A stretch of DNA of 64,000 bases from Oscillospiraceae bacterium (GTDB lineage Bacteria > Bacillota > Clostridia > Oscillospirales > Oscillospiraceae), in assembly GCA_904501855.1 (NCBI GenBank), contig CAJGCI010000002.1, forward strand, positions 1,182 through 65,181, in the 5' to 3' direction. Positions within the stretch are counted from its first letter, which is position 1, and each line of letters starts with the position of its first letter. The notes beneath the pieces were generated by a model that made no database searches, had not been told where the DNA came from, and saw only the letters and a list, made by a program, of their open reading frames with translations. Position numbers and translations under genes: made by a program. Positions 24,843 through 35,227 of the stretch are shown piece by piece.

Positions 24843-25483
24843 CAGAAAAAAAGATGATAAATGTCGCCCTCCCCAAAGGACGTCTGGGCGAGATCGTTTA
24901 CGGGATGATGGAACAGGCCGGCTATGAATGTCCGGAAGTTCTGAACCCGAAACGGAAACTGACTTTTGAAAACGAGGCCTGCGGTGTCCGATACTTCTGG
25001 GTAAAACCATCGGACGTTCCCATTTATGTGGAGCGGGGCGCCGCAGATGTGGGAGTTGCCGGCAAGGACATCCTGCTGGAGCATTCGCCTCGCGTCTATG
25101 AACTGCTGGATCTCGGCATCGGAAAATGCCGTATGTGTGTGGCCGGCCCCAAAACATTCCGGGATGACGAGTCGCGCACGCTGAAAGTCGCAACCAAATT
25201 CCCGCATATTGCCAGAAGATACTATGAATCACAGGGCCGTGACATCAGCATAATCAAGCTGAACGGTTCCATAGAGATCGCACCCATCCTCGGTCTTTCC
25301 GATGTGATCGTAGACATCGTGGAGACCGGAAAAACACTGAAAGAAAACGGGCTGGATGCGCTGGAAACTATCGTTCCCATAAGTGCCCGTTTCATTGCCA
25401 ACAAAGCAAGTTTTCAGTTTAAACATGACGAGATCGCGGCGATGAGCCAGGCCCTTTCCGCAGTCTGTCAGACCAAGGAGTAA
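24839..25483 (+). CDS. hisG: ATP phosphoribosyltransferase (short form)
   Basis: VALPKGRL N-terminus and DIVETGKTLKENGL motif. 214 aa. Confidence 0.92.
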   Translation: MTEKKMINVALPKGRLGEIVYGMMEQAGYECPEVLNPKRKLTFENEACGVRYFWVKPSDVPIYVERGAADVGVAGKDILLEHSPRVYELLDLGIGKCRMCVAGPKTFRDDESRTLKVATKFPHIARRYYESQGRDISIIKLNGSIEIAPILGLSDVIVDIVETGKTLKENGLDALETIVPISARFIANKASFQFKHDEIAAMSQALSAVCQTKE

Positions 25484-25486
25484 CAC

Positions 25487-26764
25487 ATGATCAAGATCTA
25501 TAAATACGGAGAAGTTCCTAACGAGACTCTGTTTATCCGCTCTCCCCTGTTTCAGGATGTTGGAGCCGTGGTCACTGAAATCCTGAACAAAGTTCAGGAA
25601 GAGGGAGATGCCGCTCTGAAATACTACACCAGGAAGTTTGACGGCGCCGATCTTTCCGATCTCATCGTATCCAACGAAGAGATCGAAGAGGCGTTTACTT
25701 CCACCAGCGAGGAGTACCGCAAGGTGCTCCAGCAGGCATGGGACAACATTGCGGAGTATCACTCTCACCAGATTCGTCCCGGATTTGTTATGACGCGGGA
25801 AAACGGAGTTGTTCTGGGCCAGAAGATCACACCCATCGAAAAGGTCGGTCTTTATGTTCCCAACGGGACGGCAGCCTATCCTTCCTCGCTGATTATGAAT
25901 TGCGTTCCCGCCAAGCTGGCTGGTTGCTCCGAACTGATCATCGTCACACCGCCGGACCGCAACGGAAAAGTCAATTCCGCGATCCTGGCTGCCGCCAAGA
26001 TCTGCAATGTGGACAAGATTGTGAAAGTAGGCGGTGCGCAGGCGGTTGCTGCACTTGCTTTCGGAACCGAGAGCGTTCCCAAAGTCGACAAGATCGTCGG
26101 TCCGGGCAATGCTTATGTCGCCGAAGCGAAAAAGCAGGTCTTTGGCAAGGTAGCAATCGACACGATTGCCGGCCCAAGCGAGGTGCTTATCGTCGCAGAC
26201 AAGAATAACGACCCCAGAATCCTCGCCGCTGATATGCTGGCGCAGGCGGAGCATGATGTCATGGCCACCTCGGTCCTCGTCACAGACTCGGAAGAGCTGG
26301 CAAACCGGGTGGCGCAGGAACTGGAGACGCAGCTGGCGGTTCTCCCCCGTGAAAACATTGCCCGACCGTCGATTGAGAACAACGGCAAGATCGTAATCGC
26401 CTCCTCACTGGATGAAGCCGTGGAGTGTGCCAATGAAATCGCTCCGGAACACCTGGAGATCAGCGTGGACGATCCCTTCTCCTATCTAGGAAAAATCAAG
26501 AACGCCGGTTCCATTTTCCTGGGTAAAGATGCTCCGGAGGCGCTGGGTGACTACATGGCCGGGCCGAATCACACGCTCCCCACCACGGGAACCGCCCGAT
26601 TCGGAAGCCCTCTTTCCGTGGATGATTTCGTAAAAAAATCCCAGTACACCTACTTCTCGCATGAGGCGCTGGAGGAGATCAAAGACAGCATCATGCTGTT
26701 TGCGGAAGAGGAAGGGCTGCACGGACACGCCAACAGTATCGACATCCGTTTTCGCGAGGACTGA
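25487..26764 (+). CDS. hisD: Histidinol dehydrogenase
   Basis: IAGPSEVLIVAD, QAEHD and APEHLE motifs. 425 aa. Confidence 0.93.
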   Translation: MIKIYKYGEVPNETLFIRSPLFQDVGAVVTEILNKVQEEGDAALKYYTRKFDGADLSDLIVSNEEIEEAFTSTSEEYRKVLQQAWDNIAEYHSHQIRPGFVMTRENGVVLGQKITPIEKVGLYVPNGTAAYPSSLIMNCVPAKLAGCSELIIVTPPDRNGKVNSAILAAAKICNVDKIVKVGGAQAVAALAFGTESVPKVDKIVGPGNAYVAEAKKQVFGKVAIDTIAGPSEVLIVADKNNDPRILAADMLAQAEHDVMATSVLVTDSEELANRVAQELETQLAVLPRENIARPSIENNGKIVIASSLDEAVECANEIAPEHLEISVDDPFSYLGKIKNAGSIFLGKDAPEALGDYMAGPNHTLPTTGTARFGSPLSVDDFVKKSQYTYFSHEALEEIKDSIMLFAEEEGLHGHANSIDIRFRED

Positions 26765-26767
26765 TTT

Positions 26768-27835
26768 ATGAGTCGCTTTTTTGTTTCCAGATTTGATGAC
26801 CTGACGCCCTATACCCCCGGGGAGCAGCCCCGGGATCAGGTCTTTGTAAAACTCAACACGAATGAATCCCCCTTCCCTCCTTCTCCCGAAGTGGTCAAAG
26901 CGGCATCGGACGCTGCTGCAACGCTCCGCCTGTATTCCGATCCGGATTCCACCGATCTGACGCAGGCCGTTGCCGGATACTTCGGGGTTCGTCCGGAGGA
27001 AGTGCTTATGACCAATGGATCCGATGAGATCCTGAATTTTGCTTTCATGGCATTTGGGGATGCCGCCTGCGGATTTGTCTTTCCGGATATCACCTATGGT
27101 TTTTATGAAGTAATCGCAGACCTCAACGGGATCCCGTATCGAAAGATCCCGCTGGACGAAGATTTTACCATCCGGGCAGAAGATTATTTCGGGGTGGGCT
27201 GCAATATTGTGATCCCCAATCCCAACGCACCCACCGGAATTCCCCTCGCGATCCCTCAGATCCGTTCCATCGTGGAATCCAACAGGGATCATATCGTAAT
27301 CATCGACGAGGCGTATGTGGATTTCGGCGGGGAGAGCTGTATTCCCCTGATCCGGGAGTATGATAACCTGCTGGTGACCCAGACCTTTTCCAAATCGCGG
27401 TCTCTGGCCGGAGGGCGACTCGGATTCGGGATCGGCAACCCGGATCTGATTCGGGATCTGAACACGCTGAAGTATTCCTGCAACCCGTATAATGTCAACC
27501 GGATGACTTCCGCCGCGGGGATCGCCGCCATTCAGGATGACGTGTATTTCCGGAAAAACATTGCAGAGATCCAGCGTGTGCGGGAATACACCCGTGGCCA
27601 GCTGGAGCAGCGTGGCTTTACCGTCCTTCCCTCGGTCTCCAATTTCCTGTTTGTCCGATCGAATTTCGGAACCGCGGAAGACCTGTACGGCGCCCTGCGG
27701 GAGCTGGGCGTTCTGATCCGGTACTGGAAGACCCCCCGGATACAGGACTGGTGCCGCATCACCATCGGCACACGGGCGCAGATGGATACGCTGCTGAATG
27801 CAGTGGACACGATACGAAAGGAGCGCGGACTATGA
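26768..27835 (+). CDS. hisC: Histidinol-phosphate aminotransferase
   Basis: Class II aminotransferase with the TFSKSRSLAGGRLG PLP-lysine motif. Operon context supports the call. Confidence 0.9.
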   Translation: MSRFFVSRFDDLTPYTPGEQPRDQVFVKLNTNESPFPPSPEVVKAASDAAATLRLYSDPDSTDLTQAVAGYFGVRPEEVLMTNGSDEILNFAFMAFGDAACGFVFPDITYGFYEVIADLNGIPYRKIPLDEDFTIRAEDYFGVGCNIVIPNPNAPTGIPLAIPQIRSIVESNRDHIVIIDEAYVDFGGESCIPLIREYDNLLVTQTFSKSRSLAGGRLGFGIGNPDLIRDLNTLKYSCNPYNVNRMTSAAGIAAIQDDVYFRKNIAEIQRVREYTRGQLEQRGFTVLPSVSNFLFVRSNFGTAEDLYGALRELGVLIRYWKTPRIQDWCRITIGTRAQMDTLLNAVDTIRKERGL

Positions 27836-28419
27836 GAACAGCTTCTGTAGAACGCAACACCGCCGAAACACAGATCAAACTCACTCTGAATCTGGACGGA
27901 AGTGGAAAAAGCGATATCGATTCCGGTGTGGGCTTTCTTGATCACATGCTCACATTGTTTGCCGCACACAGCGGCTACGATCTCAGCCTGATTTGTCATG
28001 GAGACACACAGGTGGACGATCACCACACCACGGAAGATATCGGCATCGCTCTTGGGGATGCTTTCCGGCAGGCTCTTGGGGAACGGAAGGGCATCATTCG
28101 GTACGGCAGCATGTGGCTTCCCATGGATGAAGCGCTGGTTCTCTGTGCCGTGGACATCTCCGGCAGAAGCCATCTGGACTACCGCCTGTGTATTCCAGCG
28201 CAGAAAGTCGGTACTTTTGATACCGAACTGGTGGAAGAATTCTACACCGCCTTTGTGAGAAAGGCAGAACTGACCCTGCACCTGCTTCAGTTTGAAGGCA
28301 AAAATTCGCATCACATTATCGAAGCCTCTTTCAAGGGGTTCGGCCGCGCTCTGGCCCAGGCCACTGCCATTGATGAAAAAAGACCGGATACCGTTCCGTC
28401 AACCAAAGGAGTGCTGTAA
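27832..28419 (+). CDS. hisB: Imidazoleglycerol-phosphate dehydratase
   Basis: ERNTAETQI, GFLDHML and DxHHTxED motifs. The ATG at 27832 overlaps the hisC stop. Confidence 0.92.
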   Translation: MRTASVERNTAETQIKLTLNLDGSGKSDIDSGVGFLDHMLTLFAAHSGYDLSLICHGDTQVDDHHTTEDIGIALGDAFRQALGERKGIIRYGSMWLPMDEALVLCAVDISGRSHLDYRLCIPAQKVGTFDTELVEEFYTAFVRKAELTLHLLQFEGKNSHHIIEASFKGFGRALAQATAIDEKRPDTVPSTKGVL

Positions 28420-29034
28420 ATGCTTGCTATCGTAGATTACGGTGTTGGAAACCTGTTTTCCCTTCACAGTTCTTTAAATATGATCGATGTTCCTTCCGTC
28501 GTCACCTCGGACGAGAACGAGCTTCGAAACGCCGACAAGATCATCCTTCCCGGAGTGGGTGCTTTTGAGGATGCCGCCCGAAAACTCAAAGAGAGCGGGC
28601 TGGGTGATGTCGTTGCAGAAGAGGCACGAAACGGAAAGCCCACCATGGGCATCTGTCTCGGAATGCAGATGCTGTTTGACCGCAGTTTTGAATACGGTAC
28701 TCACGAGGGGCTCGGCCTGATTCCGGGAGATGTCGTCGATATGACGCCCCATATTCCGGAGGATCTGAAAGTGCCGCACATCGGTTGGAACGCGCTGAAC
28801 ATGAAGCAGCCGGACCACCCCCTGTTTCGGTATATCAAAGACGGTGACTTCGTATACTTCGTCCACACTTACTTCGCCACGCGCTGTGAGGATTATACGC
28901 TGGCTACGACGGAGTACGGTGCGGATCTGACCGCCTGTGTTGCCCGTGATCAGACTGTCGGCTGTCAGTTCCATCCGGAAAAAAGCGGACGGATCGGCCT
29001 GAACATTCTGCGAGCTTTCTGTGAAATGAGGTGA
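28420..29034 (+). CDS. hisH: Imidazole glycerol phosphate synthase, glutamine amidotransferase subunit
   Basis: Class I GATase with GICLGMQ nucleophile elbow and FHPEKS. Confidence 0.92.
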   Translation: MLAIVDYGVGNLFSLHSSLNMIDVPSVVTSDENELRNADKIILPGVGAFEDAARKLKESGLGDVVAEEARNGKPTMGICLGMQMLFDRSFEYGTHEGLGLIPGDVVDMTPHIPEDLKVPHIGWNALNMKQPDHPLFRYIKDGDFVYFVHTYFATRCEDYTLATTEYGADLTACVARDQTVGCQFHPEKSGRIGLNILRAFCEMR

Positions 29035-29040
29035 CCGGAC

Positions 29041-29757
29041 ATGCTTTTATTTCCGGCCATCGACATGTTCGACCATAAAGCCGTTCGTCTGTTCAAAGGT
29101 GACTATCAGCAGATGACAATCTACAGCAAAGATCCTCTTTCCGTCGCCAAACGATTTGAGCGTTCCGGTGCAAAATGGGTCCATCTTGTGGATCTTCAGG
29201 GCGCAAAAGACGGAACCACGCCCCATGCGGATCTTGTTGCAAGCATTACGAAAGAAACCTCTCTTCAGGTCGAAATCGGCGGGGGGATCCGATCCGAAGA
29301 TACGATCCTCCGTTATCTGGACTGTGGTGTATCACGAGTGATTCTCGGCACTGCGGCTCTGGGAGACCCCGGTTTTCTGCAGAAGGTCGTCGCAAAGTAC
29401 GGCTCCTCCATCGCGGTTGGTGTAGACTCCCGCAGCGGCATGGTTGCAACCCATGGATGGACCAAAACAAGTTCGGTGACCGCCGACGAGTTTTGCCACC
29501 GGCTGGATGAGATCGGAGTGTCCACCATCATCGCAACAGATATCTCCAAAGACGGCGCCATGCAGGGCCCGAATCTGGAACTGTATCGTCAGTTGAAGCG
29601 TTCTTTCTCCGGCAATATCACGGCCTCCGGCGGAGTCTCCAGTCTTGATGATCTGGAAGCGCTGAATTCGCTGGATCTGTACGGAGCGATTTTGGGGAAA
29701 GCCTATTACACCGGAGCAGTAGATTTGGAAGAAGCAGTAAAGAAGGTACAAGTATGA
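29041..29757 (+). CDS. hisA: ProFAR isomerase (1-(5-phosphoribosyl)-5-[(5-phosphoribosylamino)methylideneamino]imidazole-4-carboxamide isomerase)
   Basis: PAIDMFDHKAVRL N-terminus and GGGIRS motif. Confidence 0.92.
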   Translation: MLLFPAIDMFDHKAVRLFKGDYQQMTIYSKDPLSVAKRFERSGAKWVHLVDLQGAKDGTTPHADLVASITKETSLQVEIGGGIRSEDTILRYLDCGVSRVILGTAALGDPGFLQKVVAKYGSSIAVGVDSRSGMVATHGWTKTSSVTADEFCHRLDEIGVSTIIATDISKDGAMQGPNLELYRQLKRSFSGNITASGGVSSLDDLEALNSLDLYGAILGKAYYTGAVDLEEAVKKVQV

Positions 29758-30512
29758 TCACAAAACGAATCATCCCCTGTCTGGATGTAAAAGACGGCAG
29801 AGTCGTCAAGGGGGTCAATTTCCTGAACGTCAATGATGTCAACGATCCCGTTGCGCTTGGTCAGTACTATTCCGACCACGGCGCCGACGAACTGGTTTTT
29901 TATGATATTACCGCCTCCGTGGAAGGCCGCAGCCTGTTTACGGAAATCCTGACACGGGTGGCGGAGACCATCTTTATCCCGCTGACTGTTGGCGGCGGAA
30001 TCAACACGTTGGATGACTTTGACCGTGTTCTGAAATGCGGTGCTGACAAGGTCAGCGTAAACTCCGGTGCCATCCGGAATCCTTCCCTCATCCCCGAAGC
30101 CGCACAGCGGTACGGCGATCAGTGCGTGGTGCTTTCCGTAGACGCCAAACGAGTGGGCGGACAGTTTCATGTGTTTACAAAAGGCGGCCGTGAAGACACC
30201 GGAATGGATGCCATCGAATGGATTCGAAATGGCGTAAAAAACGGTGCCGGTGAGATCGTTCTGAATTCCATCGACACGGATGGTGTGAAAAACGGCTTTG
30301 ATCTGGAAATGCTCAAGGCTGTGAGCGATGTGGTAAACGTCCCCGTGATCGCCTCCGGCGGAGCCGGTTGCGCACAGGACTTTGTCACTCTGTTTCAGAC
30401 TCTTCCGAAAGTCGACGCCGGTCTCGCCGCATCCATTTTCCATTTCGGTGAGGTTCGCATCGAGGACCTGAAAGCCCTGCTTGCGCAGGAAGGGATCAAC
30501 GTAAGACGATAA
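29754..30512 (+). CDS. hisF: Imidazole glycerol phosphate synthase, cyclase subunit
   Basis: RIIPCLDVKDGRVVKG, TVGGGI and ASGGAG motifs. Confidence 0.93.
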   Translation: MITKRIIPCLDVKDGRVVKGVNFLNVNDVNDPVALGQYYSDHGADELVFYDITASVEGRSLFTEILTRVAETIFIPLTVGGGINTLDDFDRVLKCGADKVSVNSGAIRNPSLIPEAAQRYGDQCVVLSVDAKRVGGQFHVFTKGGREDTGMDAIEWIRNGVKNGAGEIVLNSIDTDGVKNGFDLEMLKAVSDVVNVPVIASGGAGCAQDFVTLFQTLPKVDAGLAASIFHFGEVRIEDLKALLAQEGINVRR

Positions 30513-30524
30513 GGAGACGTTTCA

Positions 30525-31172
30525 ATGACAGACATCAGCGAACTCAAGTTTGATCAGAATGGACTGATCCCGGCCATCGTCACGGAGACGGGAACCGGCA
30601 AGGTCCTCATGATGGCATATATGAACGAAGAAAGCCTGAAGATCTCCATGGAAAAAGGCCTTGCATGTTTCTGGAGCCGTAGCCGTCAGGAGCTCTGGCT
30701 GAAAGGTGATACCTCCGGCAATTACCAGCACATCGTCAGCATCACCGCAGACTGCGATTATGACACTCTTCTCGTGGAGGTCCGCAAAGACGGTCCGGCA
30801 TGCCACACGGGAGAAGAGAGCTGCTTCCATCACCCGCTGTTCGAAGGGTCCGAACCGCAGGGCTTTACCTATGAGGCATTGCTGGAAATGCTGAAGGGCA
30901 GAAAAGAAAATCCGAAGGAAGGTTCTTATACGTCCTACCTGTTCGAAAAGGGTGACGACAAGATCTTAAAGAAGATCGGCGAAGAGTCTACCGAAGTGGT
31001 CATCGCCGCAAAGGACAGAGATCTTCCCAATACCGTTTATGAGCTTTGTGATCTTATGTATCACGCTATGGTCCTGATGGTTGACATGGGGATCAGCCTG
31101 GAAGACATTCGTAAAGAGATGTCCTCCCGGCACGTGGTGGATCACAAGGTAAAGCAGGAAAAGATGGTCTGA
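30525..31172 (+). CDS. hisIE: Bifunctional phosphoribosyl-AMP cyclohydrolase / phosphoribosyl-ATP pyrophosphatase
   Basis: HisI core ([26 protein letters not shown]) fused to a HisE-like C-terminus (SYTSYLF...EESTEVVIA). Confidence 0.9.
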   Translation: MTDISELKFDQNGLIPAIVTETGTGKVLMMAYMNEESLKISMEKGLACFWSRSRQELWLKGDTSGNYQHIVSITADCDYDTLLVEVRKDGPACHTGEESCFHHPLFEGSEPQGFTYEALLEMLKGRKENPKEGSYTSYLFEKGDDKILKKIGEESTEVVIAAKDRDLPNTVYELCDLMYHAMVLMVDMGISLEDIRKEMSSRHVVDHKVKQEKMV

Positions 31173-31174
31173 TT

Positions 31175-31978
31175 ATGCAGGATCTTCATTTACACACAAC
31201 TTATGATGACGGAGGAAACTCCGTACGGGAAATGACAGAGAAAGGCCTTCTCTCCGGCTTTTCTTCCATCGGGCTGTGCGTTCACAGTCCGATACCGGGA
31301 GAGTCCTGGTGTGCAACAGAGGACGGTGTCCGGCAGTTCATATCCGATGTTCACGAGGCGGCGGATGCCCTCCGCGGAAAGATGCCTGTCTACTGCGGGA
31401 TTGAATTCGATTCCGTTTCCGAATGTGACCTTTCGCTGTTTGATTATGTCATCGGATCGGTCCATGTGCTTCAGGCCGCTGGCGGACCGTGGTACTATGA
31501 CGCCTCCCGGGAAGAAACTCTGCGGATGATCGAAACAGTATATTGCGGCGACAGGGATCAGGCGGCAGAGGACTATTTCGCCCGCGTTGGTTCTCTGGCG
31601 GAACTCGCCGCCGTGGATATCGTCGGACACTTTGACCTTCTGACCAAGTTCGACGAACCGGAGTGTGTCTATGATGTGCACAGCAGCCGCTATCGGGATG
31701 CTGCACATTTTGCCATGGAGCGGCTCGTCAACGCCGGAAAGATCTTTGAGATCAACACCGGGGCGGTCAGTCGGGGTTATCGAACGAGTTTCTATCCCTC
31801 GGATGCGCTTCTGAAGGAACTGTTTTCCATGGGCGGGAAAGTATGCCTTTCCTCCGATTCCCACAGCGTGGATACTCTGGGTTTTCAGCGCGACAAGGCA
31901 AAAGCATGTGCGGTTGCCGCCGGTTTTGATGCCGTTTGGGAATGGAATGGTTCTGACTTCGTGCCGGAAAAGATCTGA
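31175..31978 (+). CDS. hisK: Histidinol-phosphatase, PHP family
   Basis: DLHLHT N-terminal PHP motif, further His-containing PHP segments (GSVH, VGHFD) and last position in the his operon. Confidence 0.8.
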   Translation: MQDLHLHTTYDDGGNSVREMTEKGLLSGFSSIGLCVHSPIPGESWCATEDGVRQFISDVHEAADALRGKMPVYCGIEFDSVSECDLSLFDYVIGSVHVLQAAGGPWYYDASREETLRMIETVYCGDRDQAAEDYFARVGSLAELAAVDIVGHFDLLTKFDEPECVYDVHSSRYRDAAHFAMERLVNAGKIFEINTGAVSRGYRTSFYPSDALLKELFSMGGKVCLSSDSHSVDTLGFQRDKAKACAVAAGFDAVWEWNGSDFVPEKI

Positions 31979-32142
31979 CCCAATTACAGTGGCAATAACT
32001 CCGCAGGAAATCAGGCGGAAGGCAACATAATCCCCCGCCCTTTTTCCTCTTTTTTCCGGCACCTCTTTTTCGCCGCTGGATTTTATCTAATTGATACCAA
32101 ATATGGCTTTATTTACTCTTCTGATTTCGGATAATACGATAA

Positions 32143-32171
32143 TTGACTTTACTATATATAAAAGATAAGAT
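32143..32171 (+). promoter_or_regulatory. Candidate pur operon promoter
   Basis: TTGACT - 17 nt - TAAGAT, about 130 nt upstream of the purE start. Confidence 0.5.
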
Positions 32172-32243
32172 TTAGGAGTATTGAGACGACGCAGATTTGC
32201 CCTGATTTTTCATGGTTTCTGCCGCAGTAAAAAAACCATCCAC

Positions 32244-32281
32244 GACAGTCCTGCATAAAGAAAAAACAGGACGGTCTTTTT
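32244..32281 (+). terminator. Leader terminator (attenuator) in front of purE
   Basis: Stem gacagtcctg/caggacggtc (10 bp, one mismatch) followed by ttttt, ending about 20 nt before the purE RBS. Confidence 0.6.
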
Positions 32282-32303
32282 CACTTTTTAGGAGGAAACT
32301 GCA

Positions 32304-32798
32304 TTGAAGAAAATTGCGATTATCATGGGAAGTGACAGTGACTTGCCCATCGTAGAAAAAGCGATGAAAATGCTGGATCAGTTTGAGGTTCCCTATGAAG
32401 CTCACGTGTATTCCGCACATCGTACACCGGAACAGGCGCGGGAATTTGCTGTGAATGCAAAGGCCAACGGTTTCGGTGCCATCATCGCGGCTGCAGGCAT
32501 GGCTGCGCATCTTGCCGGGGCCTTTGCGGCCAATACAACTCTGCCGGTCGTCGGTATTCCCGTCAGTTCCGGATCTCTCAACGGCGTTGACGCTCTGTAT
32601 TCCACTGTTCAGATGCCCACAGGAATCCCCGTGGCTACTGTTGCTGTGAACGGAGCTGCTAACGCCGCTTTGCTTTGTGTGGAGATGCTGGCCATCAGTG
32701 ACGATGTGCTGGCAGAGAAGCTGGAAGAATATCGGAAAGCAGATACCCAGAAGACGCTGAACAAGAACAGCGCCGTGGAAGAGAAATATAATCATTAA
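32304..32798 (+). CDS. purE: N5-carboxyaminoimidazole ribonucleotide mutase
   Basis: [16 protein letters not shown] and AGMAAHLAG motifs. TTG start with GGAGG upstream. Confidence 0.92.
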   Translation: MKKIAIIMGSDSDLPIVEKAMKMLDQFEVPYEAHVYSAHRTPEQAREFAVNAKANGFGAIIAAAGMAAHLAGAFAANTTLPVVGIPVSSGSLNGVDALYSTVQMPTGIPVATVAVNGAANAALLCVEMLAISDDVLAEKLEEYRKADTQKTLNKNSAVEEKYNH

Positions 32799-32823
32799 GG
32801 GAATTCTCAGGAGGAACAAAACC

Positions 32824-33531
32824 ATGGAAATGCGTGAAATGCTGTACGAAGGAAAAGCCAAGAAAGTTTATGCTACGGAAGATCCGGATCTTCTCATCGT
32901 CTCTTACAAGGACGACGCCACTGCTTTCAACGGAAAGAAAAAAGGCACCATTACCGGAAAGGGAGCCATCAACAACCGCGTCACCAACTTCATGATGCAG
33001 CGGCTGGAAGAGCAGGGTGTTCCCACTCATTTTGTAGAAGAGCTGAACGACCGTGAGACCGTAGTGAAAAAAGTGGAGATCGTTCCTCTGGAAGTGATTA
33101 TCCGCAACATTTCAGCCGGCAGCTTTGCCAAGCGTTACGGTGTGGAAGAAGGAATCCCGTTTGAGAATCCCACGATAGAATTTTCCTACAAGAACGACGA
33201 TCTGGACGATCCTCTTATCAACGAATATCACATTCAGGCGCTGAAACTTGCTACTCCCGAAGAAGTCGACACCATCAAGAAGATGGCTTTCAAGGTCAAT
33301 GCGGTAATGAAAGAGTTCTTTGCTCAGCGCAATGTGGATCTGGTTGACTTCAAGCTGGAGTTTGGCAAGACCTCTGACGGCACTATCGTTCTGGCAGACG
33401 AGATCAGTCCGGACACCTGCCGTTTCTGGGATTCGGAAACTCATGAAAAGCTGGATAAAGACCGTTTCCGCAGAGATCTCGGAAATGTAGAAGATGCTTA
33501 CGATGAAATGCTGAAGCGCATTATCGGATAA
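32824..33531 (+). CDS. purC: Phosphoribosylaminoimidazole-succinocarboxamide (SAICAR) synthase
   Basis: [11 protein letters not shown]-terminus and [14 protein letters not shown] motif. Confidence 0.93.
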   Translation: MEMREMLYEGKAKKVYATEDPDLLIVSYKDDATAFNGKKKGTITGKGAINNRVTNFMMQRLEEQGVPTHFVEELNDRETVVKKVEIVPLEVIIRNISAGSFAKRYGVEEGIPFENPTIEFSYKNDDLDDPLINEYHIQALKLATPEEVDTIKKMAFKVNAVMKEFFAQRNVDLVDFKLEFGKTSDGTIVLADEISPDTCRFWDSETHEKLDKDRFRRDLGNVEDAYDEMLKRIIG

Positions 33532-33611
33532 TTGTGTTTCTGTATTTTTGAGATGACAGCATACCGGAACCGACCGGTTTGAAAACAAACAACGCGAAAG
33601 GAATAAGGTTG

Positions 33612-34649
33612 ATGAAAAGTCAAAGTGACAGCTACGCTTCCGCCGGTGTTGATATTACCGCCGGCTACAAAGCAGTCGAATTAATGAAAAGCCATATTGC
33701 AAGAACCACCACAGACGGGGTGATCGGATCAATCGGCGGCTTTGGCGGACTGTTTCAGCCCAACCTGGCCGGGATGGAAGAACCGATCCTGGTCTCCGGC
33801 ACAGACGGCGTCGGCACGAAGTTGCGCATTGCTTTCCTGATGGACAAACATGACACCGTCGGCATCGACTGTGTTGCCATGTGCGTCAATGACATCGTAT
33901 GCTGCGGCGCCCGTCCGCTGTTCTTCCTGGACTATATCGCCTGCGGCAAGAACTATCCCGACCGTATTGCTTCTATCGTTTCCGGCGTTGCAGAGGGCTG
34001 TGTTCAGTCCGGCGCGGCGCTTATCGGAGGAGAGACCGCCGAGATGCCCGGGTTTTATCCTGTGGATGAATATGATCTGGCCGGATTTGCTGTCGGCATT
34101 GTAGACAAGAAAAAAATGATCGACAATTCCGCTATTCGGGCTGGAGATGTCATCATTGCCCTTCCTTCCAGCGGAGTTCATTCCAACGGCTTCTCTCTGG
34201 TCCGCAAGGTCTTTGATGTTGAAAACAGCGATATCAAAACACCCAACGAGCGCCTCGGCGGAAAATCCATCGGAGAGGCTTTGCTGGCACCCACGAAGAT
34301 CTATGTAAAGCCGGTGCTGGCGGTACAGGAAGCGGTTACCATCAAAGGCGTATCTCATATCACCGGCGGTGGTTTTTACGAGAATGTCCCCCGCAGCATT
34401 CCTTCGGGCTACACCGCAAAGATCGAAAAGGCAAGCATTCGCACTCCGGTCCTTTTTGATCTTATTGCAGAGGCCGGCAACATTCCGGAAAGAGATATGT
34501 TCAACACCTTCAACATGGGTGTTGGCATGTGTATGATCGTTGAACGAAATGATGTGGATACTGCCATTTCGGTTCTGAAAAAACAGGGCGAAGCCGCCTA
34601 TGTGATCGGCGAAGTAGTAGAAGGAAGTGAGGGGGTCATCCTGTGCTGA
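33612..34649 (+). CDS. purM: Phosphoribosylformylglycinamidine cyclo-ligase (AIR synthetase)
   Basis: [18 protein letters not shown], and GGETAEMPG motifs. The ATG at 33612 is preferred over the upstream TTG. Confidence 0.93.
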   Translation: MKSQSDSYASAGVDITAGYKAVELMKSHIARTTTDGVIGSIGGFGGLFQPNLAGMEEPILVSGTDGVGTKLRIAFLMDKHDTVGIDCVAMCVNDIVCCGARPLFFLDYIACGKNYPDRIASIVSGVAEGCVQSGAALIGGETAEMPGFYPVDEYDLAGFAVGIVDKKKMIDNSAIRAGDVIIALPSSGVHSNGFSLVRKVFDVENSDIKTPNERLGGKSIGEALLAPTKIYVKPVLAVQEAVTIKGVSHITGGGFYENVPRSIPSGYTAKIEKASIRTPVLFDLIAEAGNIPERDMFNTFNMGVGMCMIVERNDVDTAISVLKKQGEAAYVIGEVVEGSEGVILC

Positions 34650-35227
34650 ACATTGCTGTTATGGTATCCGGCGGAGGAACTAATCTGCAGGCCCTGATCG
34701 ACGCTCAGAAGAGCGGTGTCATCCGGGACGGAAAGATCACCCTGGTCGTTTCCAGTTCGCCGACCGCCTACGCCCTGACAAGAGCGGAGCAGAACGGGAT
34801 CGAGGGTCTCGTATGCAACGATGAGGAAGAACTCATTCGCATCATGGATGAGCATCAGATCTCCCTGATCGTTCTTGCCGGTTACATGACCATTCTCAGT
34901 GAAAACTTTGTGAAACGTTATCCGGAACGGATCATCAACGTCCACCCGGCATTGATCCCGTCCTTTTGCGGAAAGGGTTTTTACGGACTTCGTGTCCATG
35001 AGGCAGCCCTGAATTACGGAGTTAAAATCACCGGAGCCACGGTTCATTACGTTAACGAGATCCCCGACGGCGGGAAGATCATTCTTCAGAAAGCCGTAGA
35101 GATCCAGGAGGATGACACTCCCAAGACTCTTCAGAAACGCGTAATGGAAGAAGCGGAATGGGTCATTCTTCCCCAGGCCGTTCAGTTGGTGTGTGAAAAA
35201 ATATTATCGGAGGAAAATCATGGCTAA
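34643..35227 (+). CDS. purN: Phosphoribosylglycinamide formyltransferase
   Basis: [24 protein letters not shown] and [10 protein letters not shown] motifs. Confidence 0.92.
   Translation: MLNIAVMVSGGGTNLQALIDAQKSGVIRDGKITLVVSSSPTAYALTRAEQNGIEGLVCNDEEELIRIMDEHQISLIVLAGYMTILSENFVKRYPERIINVHPALIPSFCGKGFYGLRVHEAALNYGVKITGATVHYVNEIPDGGKIILQKAVEIQEDDTPKTLQKRVMEEAEWVILPQAVQLVCEKILSEENHG

Noticed and set aside
31979-32140. Possible terminator or small gene in the 160 nt after hisK
   Set aside because: It has only short GC-poor pairings (ggcgg/ccgcc) and T-rich runs. There is no convincing stem or ORF, so it is left unannotated.
32170-32300. Expected a guanine/adenine riboswitch in front of purE
   Set aside because: Reading the leader, I could not locate the conserved junction sequences or the P2/P3 loop-loop pattern. 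It is reported only as an unclassified attenuator. A covariance-model scan is needed.
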